Notes: generated by a model not told the origin, from the letters alone. DNA of 64,000 bases from an uncultured Collinsella sp. (GCA_900541785.1 UQKY01000003.1:7462-71461); one strand, 5' to 3'; shown: positions 23,393 to 33,670, numbered from the stretch's first letter. Translations and numbers: made by a program.

Positions 23393-25582
23393 CTAGATTA
23401 ATTTAGTACTCTCCAGCTTTTCGATGATCCAGTCGTTGGCTTTGATGACCGGGCGGCGGAAGACGACGCCCAGGGCCAGCGACGGAATCAGATAGCTCGC
23501 CAGAATGCCCAACTCAACCCAGTACTCCATATGGTAGGCACCGGCCATGGCGGCGTGCATGGCGTTGATGCCGTGGGTAAACGGCAGGAACGGGTAGATC
23601 GCCTGGAACACGGGGCCGGTCATCTCGATGGGGAACGTACCGCCCGAACCGCCGACCTGCATGACCAGCAGCACGACGGCGAGGGCCTTACCGATATCTC
23701 CAAACGATACCGTAAGCGTGTAGACGATATTGGAGAACACGAGGCTCGCGACCCAGCCGGCAAGCACAAACTGCAGGGGGTTGTCGCACTGAATGCCAAA
23801 GAACAGGATGTCGCCCGCACACACGAGCGTTGCCTGCAGCAGAGCCAGACCGCCAAAGAACAGGTAACGACCCAGATAGATCTCGTGCAGGCGTACGGGG
23901 ATGAGCTCGTTGATAAGCTCATCGTCAACCGAGACCTTCATCATGGCCGCTAGTACGATCGAGCCGACCCATAGCGACAGAATCGTGTAGAACGGCGCCA
24001 TGGCCGAACCGTAGTTGCGGATTGGATAGACCGGCTTACGGTCGAGTGCGACAGGGCCGGAAAGCGACACGGCCAGACCCTCGGGATCATTGCCGATCAT
24101 CGTCTTGATCGTAGCGAGGTCATCCGACATCAAGGCGCCGTCGAGCTCGTCCTTAAACGCACTGATCTTGTCCGACGCCTCACCCAGCTGATCGGAAGCC
24201 TTGTTGACCAGCTTTGCAGCCTTGGAGAGACCCTTTGCCAGCGAACCGGATGCGTCGGTCAGGCCGGCAACAGCACTATCCAGGTCGCCCGAGATACCCT
24301 TGAGCGAATCCAAAACGCCCGAAATAGTCTTCTTGAGCTCCTTGGCCTTGACCGAGAACATAGAGTCGTAGTCAATCTTGGCGCCCGAGATACCAGCCTT
24401 GGCATCCGCGATTGCCTGATCGACCTCGGCACGCGATTTGTTAACCTCTGTCATACTCTTCGTGAGCGACGTCGCGATATTCGTCAGCTCATTGGCATTG
24501 TTGCGGTACTCCGTCGCGGTTTTGTCAAGCTCAGCAGCCGCGTCCTCAAGCCCTGCCTTGAGCTTATCGTTACTCACCTGGCCAGCAAGACTGCGGAGCT
24601 TATCGGCCGTAGCATCAATCTCGTCGGCACGTGTATTGAGCGACGCTGCGCCATCGTTGAGCTGAGACACCGTAAGATCGACATGCTGGTTTGCAGCGTC
24701 GAATGCCTTTGCGAGCTCGGTAGAAACGTTATCGAACGAACCCGCGCTCCCATCAATAGCGGCATCAATCGCATCGCTGGCAGACTTGAGCGCCTGCTCG
24801 GAATCGGCAATACCGCTCTCGGCATGCTGCATGAGCTGCTTCACCGACTCCTCGGTCGATCCGGACTGCTTGAGCATACCGCCCGCCGACGTCAGCGAAT
24901 CGGACGTGGAGCTCAAAATGCCCGCAAGCGACGTTGCGCTAGCCTGAATGTCCTGCAAGTCCTGGACCGAATCGCCGAGTGTCGAGGACAGGTTGGCGAT
25001 AAAGTTGCTCACTTGGTCGGTGCTCATGTAATCGAGCAGGCTGGACACCGTCTTAAGACCGATGCTCGTAATGGTCTCGGTAAAAGTTTCGTTAACCTGG
25101 CTCTGAACGGCGCTCGAACCCTTCTCGGTCACGATCTGCGCAATGGCGTTGGCCTTCTGGTTCTCGTAAAACTCGATATCGGCGTGTTTCACGTCGGTCG
25201 AGAAAAGCGTCATCATGTCAGCGCTAAACGTTTTGGGGATAACGACGGCAGCATAGTACGCGCCCGACTTAACGCCCTCGATAGCCTTTTCGCGATTGTT
25301 GAGCACAACCCAATCGAAGCTCTCGTTGCCGCGTAGGGTGGCGGTCACGTTTTCGCCCACGTTAACCTCGACGGGGATCAAATCGCTCTCGTAACCCTCA
25401 TCGGTGTTGACCACGGCGATCTTAAGATTGCCGGTGTTGCCGTACGGATCCCAGCTGCCGGCGATGTTAAACCACGCGTACAGACACGGTACGATAATGA
25501 GGCCCATCACGACAACCAAGCCGATCACGGAGCGAGACACGTTTTGGACATCGCGCTTAAACAGATGCAGGATGTTCTTCAT
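23393..25582 (-). CDS. YhgE/Pip domain membrane protein (paralog 2)
   Basis: N-terminal TM followed by the YhgE/Pip N-domain (CLYAWFNIAGSWDPYGNTGNLKIAVVNTDEG...AAVVIPKTFSADMM). A long Ala/Ser/Thr-rich helical ectodomain is followed by a C-terminal polytopic YhgE/Pip domain. The ATG abuts the TAA of the upstream paralog. Confidence 0.8.
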   Translation of the reverse strand: MKNILHLFKRDVQNVSRSVIGLVVVMGLIIVPCLYAWFNIAGSWDPYGNTGNLKIAVVNTDEGYESDLIPVEVNVGENVTATLRGNESFDWVVLNNREKAIEGVKSGAYYAAVVIPKTFSADMMTLFSTDVKHADIEFYENQKANAIAQIVTEKGSSAVQSQVNETFTETITSIGLKTVSSLLDYMSTDQVSNFIANLSSTLGDSVQDLQDIQASATSLAGILSSTSDSLTSAGGMLKQSGSTEESVKQLMQHAESGIADSEQALKSASDAIDAAIDGSAGSFDNVSTELAKAFDAANQHVDLTVSQLNDGAASLNTRADEIDATADKLRSLAGQVSNDKLKAGLEDAAAELDKTATEYRNNANELTNIATSLTKSMTEVNKSRAEVDQAIADAKAGISGAKIDYDSMFSVKAKELKKTISGVLDSLKGISGDLDSAVAGLTDASGSLAKGLSKAAKLVNKASDQLGEASDKISAFKDELDGALMSDDLATIKTMIGNDPEGLAVSLSGPVALDRKPVYPIRNYGSAMAPFYTILSLWVGSIVLAAMMKVSVDDELINELIPVRLHEIYLGRYLFFGGLALLQATLVCAGDILFFGIQCDNPLQFVLAGWVASLVFSNIVYTLTVSFGDIGKALAVVLLVMQVGGSGGTFPIEMTGPVFQAIYPFLPFTHGINAMHAAMAGAYHMEYWVELGILASYLIPSLALGVVFRRPVIKANDWIIEKLESTKLI

Positions 25583-28363
25583 TTATGCCTCACCTCCTTT
25601 GGAGTGCTTGCCAAGCGGGGTGGTATCTCCATCATTTGTGGCTGTGCTGTCGCTGCCCTGAGATTTATGGTGCGAGCCTATATGCGGCAAGCGGCCCGTG
25701 GACTGATCGCCACCCTTGGCATCACGCTCGCTGGCGTTGAGGCCAAACATGTGGCGGGCGGCAGGAATGGCGGCCGTGTGTTCGCGCATCTCGCGACGCA
25801 GGTCCTCATCCGAAAGCGCCGAGATGCGCATCTGGGTATTGAGGCTCGCGCGGATATATTCGATATTGATAAGCCAGCCGCAGATGGCAATAACCGAGAT
25901 GATCCAAATGACAAGCAGGATGATCTTGCCGTTATTGTCGATATCGAGAACCGTCGACAGGACAAAGAGCAGGACCTGAACGCCCACCACGGCGGCAAAA
26001 CCGCCCTTGATGTAGTACGGGTAGCGATGTTCAAAGGCGACCGCATGATCGAGCAGTTCGCGACGGTACGAATCGGAATCGAGCATGACACGCATGGCCG
26101 TGCGCAGCGAGTAGCGCTGGCGCGGCAGGTCGTTGGACTCGCAAATCATCATACCGGTCGTGGAAAGCTGTTTATCAAAGAGCAGGTTAAGGTTGAGCAG
26201 CAGCGGACGCAGCTGCAGGCCGATAAAGAGCGCCACGATCAAGAACACACCCAGAATGCACAGGTTAAACAGGTAGTTGAACGAATACATGCCGCCGACC
26301 GTCTCGCGCAGCAGATTGATGCCGTAGGTAAAGGGCAGCAGCGGGTGCAGCCACTGGAAGAAGCCGGGCATCATCTCGATGGGGTACATGCCCGACGAAC
26401 CCGGGATCTGCACGATGACAAGAATGACGCCGATTGCCTTGCCGATATGCTTAAACGTGGTGGACAGCGCATAGATGATATTGACGTAGGTGAACGAAAT
26501 GGCGATGCCGCCCAGCACGAACAGCAGCGGACTGACGCACTGCACGCCAATCACCAGATCACCTACCGTAACGATGATGGCCTGCAACGCGCCCAGGATC
26601 ACCAGGAGCAACCAGCGGCCAAAGTAGCCCTGACGCGCGGTAAAGCTGCCAACGCCTTCGCGATCGACCTCGAGCTTGTAAATGGCGATGAGCACGTAGC
26701 CGCCCACCCAAAGCGCCAGATTGGTGTAGAAAGGAGCAATGCCCGAGCCGAAGCTCTTAACCGGATAGATCGACTTGGAGGTCAGCTCGACCGGAGATGC
26801 CATGAAGTCAGCAACGTCATCGACGTCGACGCCCATCAGGTCGGCCAGCTCGCCCATGGACTCGGAGGTCTGTAGCGCCGCGATGTCGTTGGCGGCGGTT
26901 GCGAGCTTGTCCTGGACCTTGGCAAGCGAGGAATCGGTCTGGGACAGCGTGGTCTTGGCCTGACCGAGCGTAGCGTTGAGTTGCGAAAGTGTACCGCGCG
27001 CACTTGCAATAGTAGGCGTGAGGCCAGACACGATTCCCGTCAGATCACCCGAGACGGCGGCAAATGAATCAAGCGCGCTCGAGGCCTTCGGCAGCGCGTT
27101 TTGACCCAGGTCCGTCTGGGCCTGGCCAAGGTTGGTCGCACCGGTCTGGATTGCGTTATTGATAGCGTCGCTGGCACCCGAGACAGCCGCGGCGTCATTC
27201 GCCATGGCGCTCGACTGTGCAGACAGACCGTCCTTGATGCTCTGAAGCTTTTCATTCTGCTTGCGGAGCAAATCGATGGTCGATACAATGCGCGCGTCAA
27301 TTTCCTTGGAACCTGTCGACGTGTCATTGACGAGAATTTCCAAGTGCCCGATAACGGCCTTATTGTGGTCGATCGTCGCTTGGAGAGACTCGAGCGAGTT
27401 GTCGATGCGGGTGGTCGTAGATGTGATCGTGCCCGTCAGCTTGCCAATCGCAGCGTTCGCGGAGGCTGACGTCTTGGTGAGCGCAAGGCTGCCTTCCGAG
27501 AGCGCCTTGGAGAGCGAGGCGACAGAGTTACCCGCCGTGGCGCGAGCCTCGCCCAGCAGGTCGTTGCCCTGGGAGATCGCCTGCGTCAGCGACGGCGCCT
27601 GACCCTGCAGACCGGCAAGTGCTGCATCTGCCGAGGCAATGGAACCACTCGTCTTATCGATGGCGGCATTCATGTCGTCAATCGAATCGCGCACTTCGCC
27701 CAACGTATCAGAAGCCTCTGATACCGAACCGGCCAACGAATCCTGAGCCTGGGTTGCCTTGTCCTTTAAATCGACTCCGGCATCCTTGGCAATGCTGGCA
27801 ACGGTCTCGCCCACCGTGGAGACAAATTCCGAGTTGATCTGCTCCTCGATGGTGCTTGCGCCGGTGTCGGTAACCTTGGGCGCAATAGCGCTCTTCTTCT
27901 CATTGACGTAGTACGTAAGCTTGGGCTGATGGTAGTTGCCGTCGAGCATCGAAACCAGGTTATCCGAGAAGTTCTTGGGGATTACGATGGCCGCATAGTA
28001 CTCACCGCTCTCGACGCCCTCCTTGGCATCGGCCGCCGAGTCAACGAAGGTCCAGCCCAGCTGATCGTTCTCCTTGAGTTGATCGACGACCTGGTCGCCC
28101 GCGTTGAGCTCGCCCACCAAGTCGTTTTGGGTGCCCCGATCGTTGTTGGCGATGGCAATCTTGATACCCTGGGTGTTTCCGTACGGATCCCAGTTAGCCA
28201 CGATGTTGTACCAGGCATACAGCGAGGGAATAACGCACACGCCAAGGGTAACCACCAAGGCGACGGGGTTCACGAGCAGTCGCTTAATGTCGCGCTTAAA
28301 TATCGCAAAGGACACCTTTGCATTGGATAGTTTGCTGCCGAGACTCACGCTTGGGCCATCCAT
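25583..28363 (-). CDS. YhgE/Pip domain membrane protein (paralog 1) with about 200-aa C-terminal extension
   Basis: Same architecture as paralog 2 (SLYAWYNIVANWDPYGNTQGIKIAIANNDRG...AAIVIPKNFSDNL). It carries an extra C-terminal region with two further predicted TM helices and a charged tail rich in Ser/Gly/His/Lys. Confidence 0.8.
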   Translation of the reverse strand: MDGPSVSLGSKLSNAKVSFAIFKRDIKRLLVNPVALVVTLGVCVIPSLYAWYNIVANWDPYGNTQGIKIAIANNDRGTQNDLVGELNAGDQVVDQLKENDQLGWTFVDSAADAKEGVESGEYYAAIVIPKNFSDNLVSMLDGNYHQPKLTYYVNEKKSAIAPKVTDTGASTIEEQINSEFVSTVGETVASIAKDAGVDLKDKATQAQDSLAGSVSEASDTLGEVRDSIDDMNAAIDKTSGSIASADAALAGLQGQAPSLTQAISQGNDLLGEARATAGNSVASLSKALSEGSLALTKTSASANAAIGKLTGTITSTTTRIDNSLESLQATIDHNKAVIGHLEILVNDTSTGSKEIDARIVSTIDLLRKQNEKLQSIKDGLSAQSSAMANDAAAVSGASDAINNAIQTGATNLGQAQTDLGQNALPKASSALDSFAAVSGDLTGIVSGLTPTIASARGTLSQLNATLGQAKTTLSQTDSSLAKVQDKLATAANDIAALQTSESMGELADLMGVDVDDVADFMASPVELTSKSIYPVKSFGSGIAPFYTNLALWVGGYVLIAIYKLEVDREGVGSFTARQGYFGRWLLLVILGALQAIIVTVGDLVIGVQCVSPLLFVLGGIAISFTYVNIIYALSTTFKHIGKAIGVILVIVQIPGSSGMYPIEMMPGFFQWLHPLLPFTYGINLLRETVGGMYSFNYLFNLCILGVFLIVALFIGLQLRPLLLNLNLLFDKQLSTTGMMICESNDLPRQRYSLRTAMRVMLDSDSYRRELLDHAVAFEHRYPYYIKGGFAAVVGVQVLLFVLSTVLDIDNNGKIILLVIWIISVIAICGWLINIEYIRASLNTQMRISALSDEDLRREMREHTAAIPAARHMFGLNASERDAKGGDQSTGRLPHIGSHHKSQGSDSTATNDGDTTPLGKHSKGGEA

Positions 28364-28677
28364 CCTGTCGTTGAATCAAATCGTACTATCGACAACCATT
28401 GTACGTAGGCGCTTTAGCGTCTCAGAGCACAATGGTATTGAGTTTTGCGGGTAGCAATATACTACGAAGACGAATTAACGTACAGTTGTACAGTATCTTT
28501 AATTTCAGCATGTCACAAAACCACAACCCGCACAAATTAGCAATTCAAATAGCATCGGGGACGTTCTTAAACGACTAGTCAAACAAAAACGCCCCCAATG
28601 ACTACTTAGGACCACGGCAACGTCGATGTTTTGGCAATGCCAGCGAGCGGGCGCCAGAGCGAACAAATTGGCATGAA

Positions 28678-28722
28678 AAGAGGACGGCATAGACCTTCTG
28701 GTCATGCCGTCCTCTTTGAATG
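28678..28722 (-). terminator. Rho-independent terminator of htpG
   Basis: On the minus strand, aagaggacggcat-gaccagaaggtct-atgccgtcctctt is followed by a T-run. It is nested inside a second 15-bp inverted repeat (cgggcgccagagcga / tcgctctggcgcccg). Confidence 0.65.
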
Positions 28723-28838
28723 ACAAGTTGTCGCTCTGGCGCCCGCGCAGCGTCGACTGGTCCGCCGTTCGTTAGAACGGCGGAACTGAGGGCAGCGTCG
28801 AGCCGTTACGCGGTTCGTAAAACCGCGTAACTACCTAA

Positions 28839-30863
28839 CTACATCAAGTTGCAAACAGCCGCCGCGAAGGCCACGGGGTCCTCGGGCAAAATGCCCTCGA
28901 CCAGCAGGGCCTGGTCATAGAGCAGACCGGAGTACTGCTTGATCTTGTCGGTATCGCCCGCCTTCTGAGCAGCGACGAGCTTGGCAAAGACCGGGTGCTT
29001 GGCGTTGAGCTCGAGCACGCGCTGGCTCTTGGGCATACCGTCGGGCGCGCCCTCGGGGCCCTTCTGGAGCACCTTCTCCATCTCGAGCGAAAGCGGACCC
29101 TCGGTGGTGATGCACGCGGGAGCATCGGTCAGACGCGCAGAGACGGCAACCTTCTCGACCTTGTCGCCGAGCGCCTCCTTCATGGCGTTAAAGAGGTCCT
29201 CGTTCTCCTTGGTGGCGTCCTCGGCCTCCTTCTTCTCGTCCTCGGTCGCCAGGTCAAGATCACCGGTCGCGACGTTCTTGAGCTCCAGGTGACGATCCTC
29301 AACCTCGGGCTCGGCACCATCGGCCACGGCCTTCTCGGCAGCCTCGCGGGCAGCATCGTCCTCGTAGATCTTGGGCATATCGGCAGCCACGTACTCACGC
29401 ATGGCCTGGAACGTGAACTCATCCACATCCTGCGTCAGCAGCAGCACGTCATAGCCGCGGTCGAGTACGCCCTTTACCACGGGCATCTTGGCCAAGCGCT
29501 CACGCGAGTCGCCGGCGGCGTAGTAGATGGCCTTCTGATCCTCGGGCATACCCTTGGCATACTCGGCCAGGGTAATCATCTTCTGCTCCTTGGCAGACCA
29601 GAACAGCAGCAAGTCGGCGAGTTCGTCGGCCTTCATGCCGTAGCTCGAGTAGATACCGTACTTAAGGCCGCGACCAAAGTTCTCAAAGAACTTCTCATAG
29701 GCCTCGCGGTCGTTGTCACGCATATCCTCAAGGTCGGCGGTGATCTTCTTCTCGACACGCTTGGCAATGGCCTTGAGCTGACGGTTCTGCTGCAGCGTCT
29801 CGCGCGAGATGTTAAGCGACACGTCGGCAGAATCCACGACGCCGCGGACAAAGTTGTAGTAGTCGGGCAGCAGGTCGTCGCACTTCTCCATGATCAGGAC
29901 GTTGGAGCTGTAAAGCGACAGGCCCTTCTCGTAGTCCTTGCTATACAGATCGAACGGCGCGCGTCCCGGCACAAACAGCAGGGCGTCATACTCGAGCGTG
30001 CCCTCGGCGTGGAAGCTGATGGTGCGCGCAGGATCGTCAAAGTCGTGGAACGTGGACTTGTAGAACTCGTCATAGTCCTTCTGCTCGACATCGGAGCTGT
30101 GCTTCTTCCAGATCGGCGTCATGGAGTTGACGGTCTCGAGCTCCTGGTAGTCCTCGTACTCGGGCTTGTAATCGTCGCCGGCGTCCTCGGGCTTGGGTTT
30201 CTGGCGGCTCTTGGACACCATCATCTGAATCGGGTAGCGCACATAGTTGCTGTACTGCTGAATCAAGCTCTTGAGGCCCCACTCGGTCAGGAAGCGATCG
30301 TAGGTCTCGGCCTCTCCGTCGGCATCGAGCTTCTCGTTCTCGCGCAGCGTCAGGATGACATCGGTGCCGTGCTCGGCGCGCTCGCCGTCTTCGATGGTGT
30401 AACCCTCAAGACCGTCGGATTCCCACACATGGGCGACATCCTCGCCATAGGCGCGGCTGACGACCTTCACATGGCTGGCGACCATAAAAGCCGAGTAGAA
30501 GCCCACGCCAAACTGACCGATGATGTCGACATCCGAACCCTGCTGCTCGGCGTTCTCGGTCTTAAACTCCTCGGAGCCGGAATGGGCGATGGTGCCCAGA
30601 TTGCGCTCGAGCTCCTCGGCGGTCATGCCAATGCCGTTATCCGAGATGGTAATGGTGCGGGCGTCTTTATCAAAGGAAACGCGAATAGCCAGGTCGCCCT
30701 GGTCGATCTTGACGCTCGGATCCTGCAGGCTCTTAAAGTTGAGCTTGTCGACGGCGTCGCTCGCGTTAGAGATAAGCTCGCGCAGGAAGATTTCCTTATT
30801 GGTGTAGATGGAGTTGATCATGAGGTCGAGCAGTTTTTTGCTCTCGGTCTTAAATTGACGCAT
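28839..30863 (-). CDS. htpG: Chaperone HtpG (Hsp90)
   Basis: 674 aa. N-terminal ATPase signature ...ELISNASDAVDKL... (Bergerat fold) and C-terminal dimerisation domain. Confidence 0.95.
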   Translation of the reverse strand: MRQFKTESKKLLDLMINSIYTNKEIFLRELISNASDAVDKLNFKSLQDPSVKIDQGDLAIRVSFDKDARTITISDNGIGMTAEELERNLGTIAHSGSEEFKTENAEQQGSDVDIIGQFGVGFYSAFMVASHVKVVSRAYGEDVAHVWESDGLEGYTIEDGERAEHGTDVILTLRENEKLDADGEAETYDRFLTEWGLKSLIQQYSNYVRYPIQMMVSKSRQKPKPEDAGDDYKPEYEDYQELETVNSMTPIWKKHSSDVEQKDYDEFYKSTFHDFDDPARTISFHAEGTLEYDALLFVPGRAPFDLYSKDYEKGLSLYSSNVLIMEKCDDLLPDYYNFVRGVVDSADVSLNISRETLQQNRQLKAIAKRVEKKITADLEDMRDNDREAYEKFFENFGRGLKYGIYSSYGMKADELADLLLFWSAKEQKMITLAEYAKGMPEDQKAIYYAAGDSRERLAKMPVVKGVLDRGYDVLLLTQDVDEFTFQAMREYVAADMPKIYEDDAAREAAEKAVADGAEPEVEDRHLELKNVATGDLDLATEDEKKEAEDATKENEDLFNAMKEALGDKVEKVAVSARLTDAPACITTEGPLSLEMEKVLQKGPEGAPDGMPKSQRVLELNAKHPVFAKLVAAQKAGDTDKIKQYSGLLYDQALLVEGILPEDPVAFAAAVCNLM

Positions 30864-31065
30864 GTGCAGTCCTTTCGCGCTACCCCCGTCCGCAAAAACG
30901 GCCCGGTCGCCCGAGCCGAATCGCAGACCTGCTATGTTCAGACTTAGATTTTATAACCCATTAGCGCGCATATATACATACGGAATCGAAAATCTGTATG
31001 TCTAAGCGCTCCGATGCGCCAATTGCCAAGGAGTGTCCCCAGCTGCCGGCAGAAAAGAAACGTCC

Positions 31066-31584
31066 CTATCTGCCATCTACGCGCTTGGCCATCCAGACAT
31101 GGGGCTGGCCCTCGTCTTCGTAATCTACCGGGGCAATTTGCGTGTAGCCCGCCTTTGCATAGAGCGGCAGCACGTATTCCTGCGCATGCAGCTTAATAAG
31201 CTTAGCGCCGGCATCGCGTGCACACGAAGCACTGGCCTCGACGATCGCACCCGCCAGTCCGCGACGACGCATAGCCGGCAGCACGGCGACGCGCCCCATA
31301 ATGTAGGTCTCCCCCGCCGCAACGCCTTCGTCCATGTCGCATGCCGGCAACACCGGGGCCTCTGCGTCAGCCACGCGCTCAAGCTCTTCGGGAAACACGC
31401 GCGAGCAACCGGCAAGCTCGCCGTCTACATAGAGCGTCACATGAATGCAGTTCGGATCCTCGTCGATAGCGTCGAACTCATTCTCGTAGCCCTGCTCGTC
31501 CATAAAAACGACGCGGCGCACCAACGCCGCGTCATCAAAGCATCCTGTCTTAAGTTGGATATCCATGGCTGCCCTTTCATTCAA
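31066..31584 (-). CDS. GNAT-family N-acetyltransferase
   Basis: Acetyl-CoA binding motif RRRGLAGAIVEASASCARDAGAKLIKLHAQ. About 170 aa. Confidence 0.7.
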   Translation of the reverse strand: MNERAAMDIQLKTGCFDDAALVRRVVFMDEQGYENEFDAIDEDPNCIHVTLYVDGELAGCSRVFPEELERVADAEAPVLPACDMDEGVAAGETYIMGRVAVLPAMRRRGLAGAIVEASASCARDAGAKLIKLHAQEYVLPLYAKAGYTQIAPVDYEDEGQPHVWMAKRVDGR

Positions 31585-31605
31585 TGCGAACGTTAGGGAC
31601 CGATT

Positions 31606-32256
31606 TTAGCGAAAATGAGCTCCGCGCACGCTAAACTTCGCACGAGCCTTCGCCAGGCAGTCGTAATGACCCACGTTATGGGCATCGCTCGCGATGAAGC
31701 TGTACAGGTTCTGATCGAACAGGCGCTGTGCCGGCTTTTTCTCGCGACCAAAGCGACCGCCAGCAATAAAGTCCGCCGAAGCCTGCAGTTTGCAGCCCAT
31801 ATCGACCAGGCGCTCCGCCACGCTTACATCCTTTTGAACCGCACGATAGCGCTCAGGATGAGCGATGATCACCTGGTAGCCACGGCACTGCAAATCGTAA
31901 ATCGTGTTCTCGTACTCTCTAAACGCATACGCATCGGCATGCGTCGAAAGCTCGAGCAGAAACTCGTTGGTTCCATCGAAATGCAAGTGCTCCGCGGCAT
32001 CGATACCAAGCTCAACGAGCTTTCGATGGTTGACCTCGAAGCCCATCTGGAGCGGAAAACCGTCAGCGTTATCACGCAGCAGCTCAAAGGCATCCCACAT
32101 CTTGTCGTAATCAAAATAGGGATCACGGCAGTGAGGAGTGCAAACGATTCTGGTTACACCGGCCCGCTTGGCAGCCTCGAGCATCGCCAAGCTCTCATCG
32201 AGATCGGCGGCGCCGTCATCTACACCCGGCAAGATATGGCAATGAATGTCACGCAT
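31606..32256 (-). CDS. PHP-family protein-tyrosine phosphatase (CpsB/YwqE/Wzh-like)
   Basis: N-terminal MRDIHCHILPGVDDGA matches the CpsB signature MIDIHCHILPGIDDG. Metal-binding His and Asp residues are distributed as in CpsB. Confidence 0.8.
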   Translation of the reverse strand: MRDIHCHILPGVDDGAADLDESLAMLEAAKRAGVTRIVCTPHCRDPYFDYDKMWDAFELLRDNADGFPLQMGFEVNHRKLVELGIDAAEHLHFDGTNEFLLELSTHADAYAFREYENTIYDLQCRGYQVIIAHPERYRAVQKDVSVAERLVDMGCKLQASADFIAGGRFGREKKPAQRLFDQNLYSFIASDAHNVGHYDCLAKARAKFSVRGAHFR

Positions 32257-32273
32257 AGGTCAGCCTTAATCAA

Positions 32274-33011
32274 CTAAACGTTTGCTCGGTTGGTGAAGAT
32301 GCCCTTTTTGGAAGTCCCCTGATCGTCGGAGCCCTTCTTCACCTTCTTACCGTCCTTGGTGTAGTAGGAGTAGTAGTACTCGCTGGTCTCGGTCTCGCAG
32401 TAGTTCATAACGGTACCGATGAGCTTGACCTTTTCGGACTTCTTAAGCTGGCCGATAGCGTTGAGTGCCTCCTCGCGCTTGGTGAAGTCCTCGCGCACCA
32501 CGAACAGCGTGCCGTCGGTCAGACTTGCGATCTCGGCAGCATCGATGAAGGTGCCTACCGGAGGAGCGTCGAAGATGACGTACTGGAACTTGGCAGACAG
32601 TGCCTTTACCAGCTTGGCAAAGCGGTGAGAGACGATGATGTCGGCAGGATTGGGAATATGCGGCTCGGCATCGAGGAAGTAGAAGTTCTTCTGACCCGTC
32701 TCGACAATTGCCTGGTCAATGGAGATCTGCTCGGAAAGGACCGCATAGAGTCCTCCGCGCGAACGAACGCCGAGCATATCGGAAAGGGACCTGCGGCGCA
32801 TATCGGCCTCGACCAGGAGCACGGACTTGCCGCTCGTGGCGATAGCCTGGGCAAGGTTGATGGAAACCGTAGACTTGCCCTCGTTGGGAATCGAGGACGT
32901 GACGGTAATGGTGCGAATGGGGTCGTCCACGCTCGCAAAGCGGATGTTGGCCAGAAGGGTCTTGGCGGCATTCTGTACAACGAGCTTATCGGTGTTCTTT
33001 GCCTTAGCCAT
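32274..33011 (-). CDS. BY-kinase cytoplasmic ATPase (CpsD/YwqD/Wze-like tyrosine kinase)
   Basis: Walker A TVTSSIPNEGKSTVSINLA, Walker A'/B ...VLLVEADMRR..., and a C-terminal Tyr-rich tail (SEYYYSYYTKDGKK). Confidence 0.85.
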   Translation of the reverse strand: MAKAKNTDKLVVQNAAKTLLANIRFASVDDPIRTITVTSSIPNEGKSTVSINLAQAIATSGKSVLLVEADMRRRSLSDMLGVRSRGGLYAVLSEQISIDQAIVETGQKNFYFLDAEPHIPNPADIIVSHRFAKLVKALSAKFQYVIFDAPPVGTFIDAAEIASLTDGTLFVVREDFTKREEALNAIGQLKKSEKVKLIGTVMNYCETETSEYYYSYYTKDGKKVKKGSDDQGTSKKGIFTNRANV

Positions 33012-33013
33012 GC

Positions 33014-33670
33014 CTATTTACCACCTTTCATAGCCGGAATTCGGCCAACAACGGGAATGCCCAGGAGCTCTTCCGCCTCTTCGGCACCGCGGATGCGGGT
33101 ATTGAGCATGTCTGCCAAAACGACATAGGCGACTGCGATAAAGATACCGGCGAGGAACGCGACGGCAATATACAGCGTGCGCTTGGGGCCGCTGGGGGCT
33201 TCGGGGGTCTTAGCCTCGTCGATAACGTTGATGCTCTGGGCAGCGCCGACGTTCTGAGCGACCGTACTCACCGAGCTAGCTATGGCCTTTGCGACCTCAG
33301 CCGTCTCCTTGGCATCGGTGCCGGTAACCGAAAGCGTAATGACACGCGTGGTGGTCTCGGAGGAAACAGACACCTTGTAGTCATCCAGATCGGTGAGGCC
33401 CAGTTCCTTGGCGGCGCCGCTCTTAACGCTATCGCTATCCAGCAGCGTGGCGATATCGTTGGAAAGCATCTGGCTCGCCGAGAGATCGTTGTAGCTCATC
33501 TGGCCGCTATCGTCGGTCTTGGCGAGAATGTACATGCTCGTCGTCGCGGTATAGGTGTTGTCCATCGCGGCGAAGGACACGATACCCATGGCGATCGCGC
33601 AGACCACCGGAAGGGTGATGACCAGCTTGAGGTGCTTCTTCAGCAGCTGGAACAGTTCGAGAAGGGTCAT
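33014..33670 (-). CDS. Polysaccharide co-polymerase transmembrane activator (CpsC/YwqC/Wzd-like)
   Basis: 218 aa with two TM segments flanking an extracellular loop. The C-terminal cytoplasmic tail ...RIRGAEEAEELLGIPVVGRIPAMK is typical of BY-kinase modulators. Confidence 0.8.
   Translation of the reverse strand: MTLLELFQLLKKHLKLVITLPVVCAIAMGIVSFAAMDNTYTATTSMYILAKTDDSGQMSYNDLSASQMLSNDIATLLDSDSVKSGAAKELGLTDLDDYKVSVSSETTTRVITLSVTGTDAKETAEVAKAIASSVSTVAQNVGAAQSINVIDEAKTPEAPSGPKRTLYIAVAFLAGIFIAVAYVVLADMLNTRIRGAEEAEELLGIPVVGRIPAMKGGK

Noticed and set aside
25544-30947. 443-aa and 650-aa plus-strand ORFs
   Set aside because: Antisense to the YhgE/Pip paralog and to htpG respectively.
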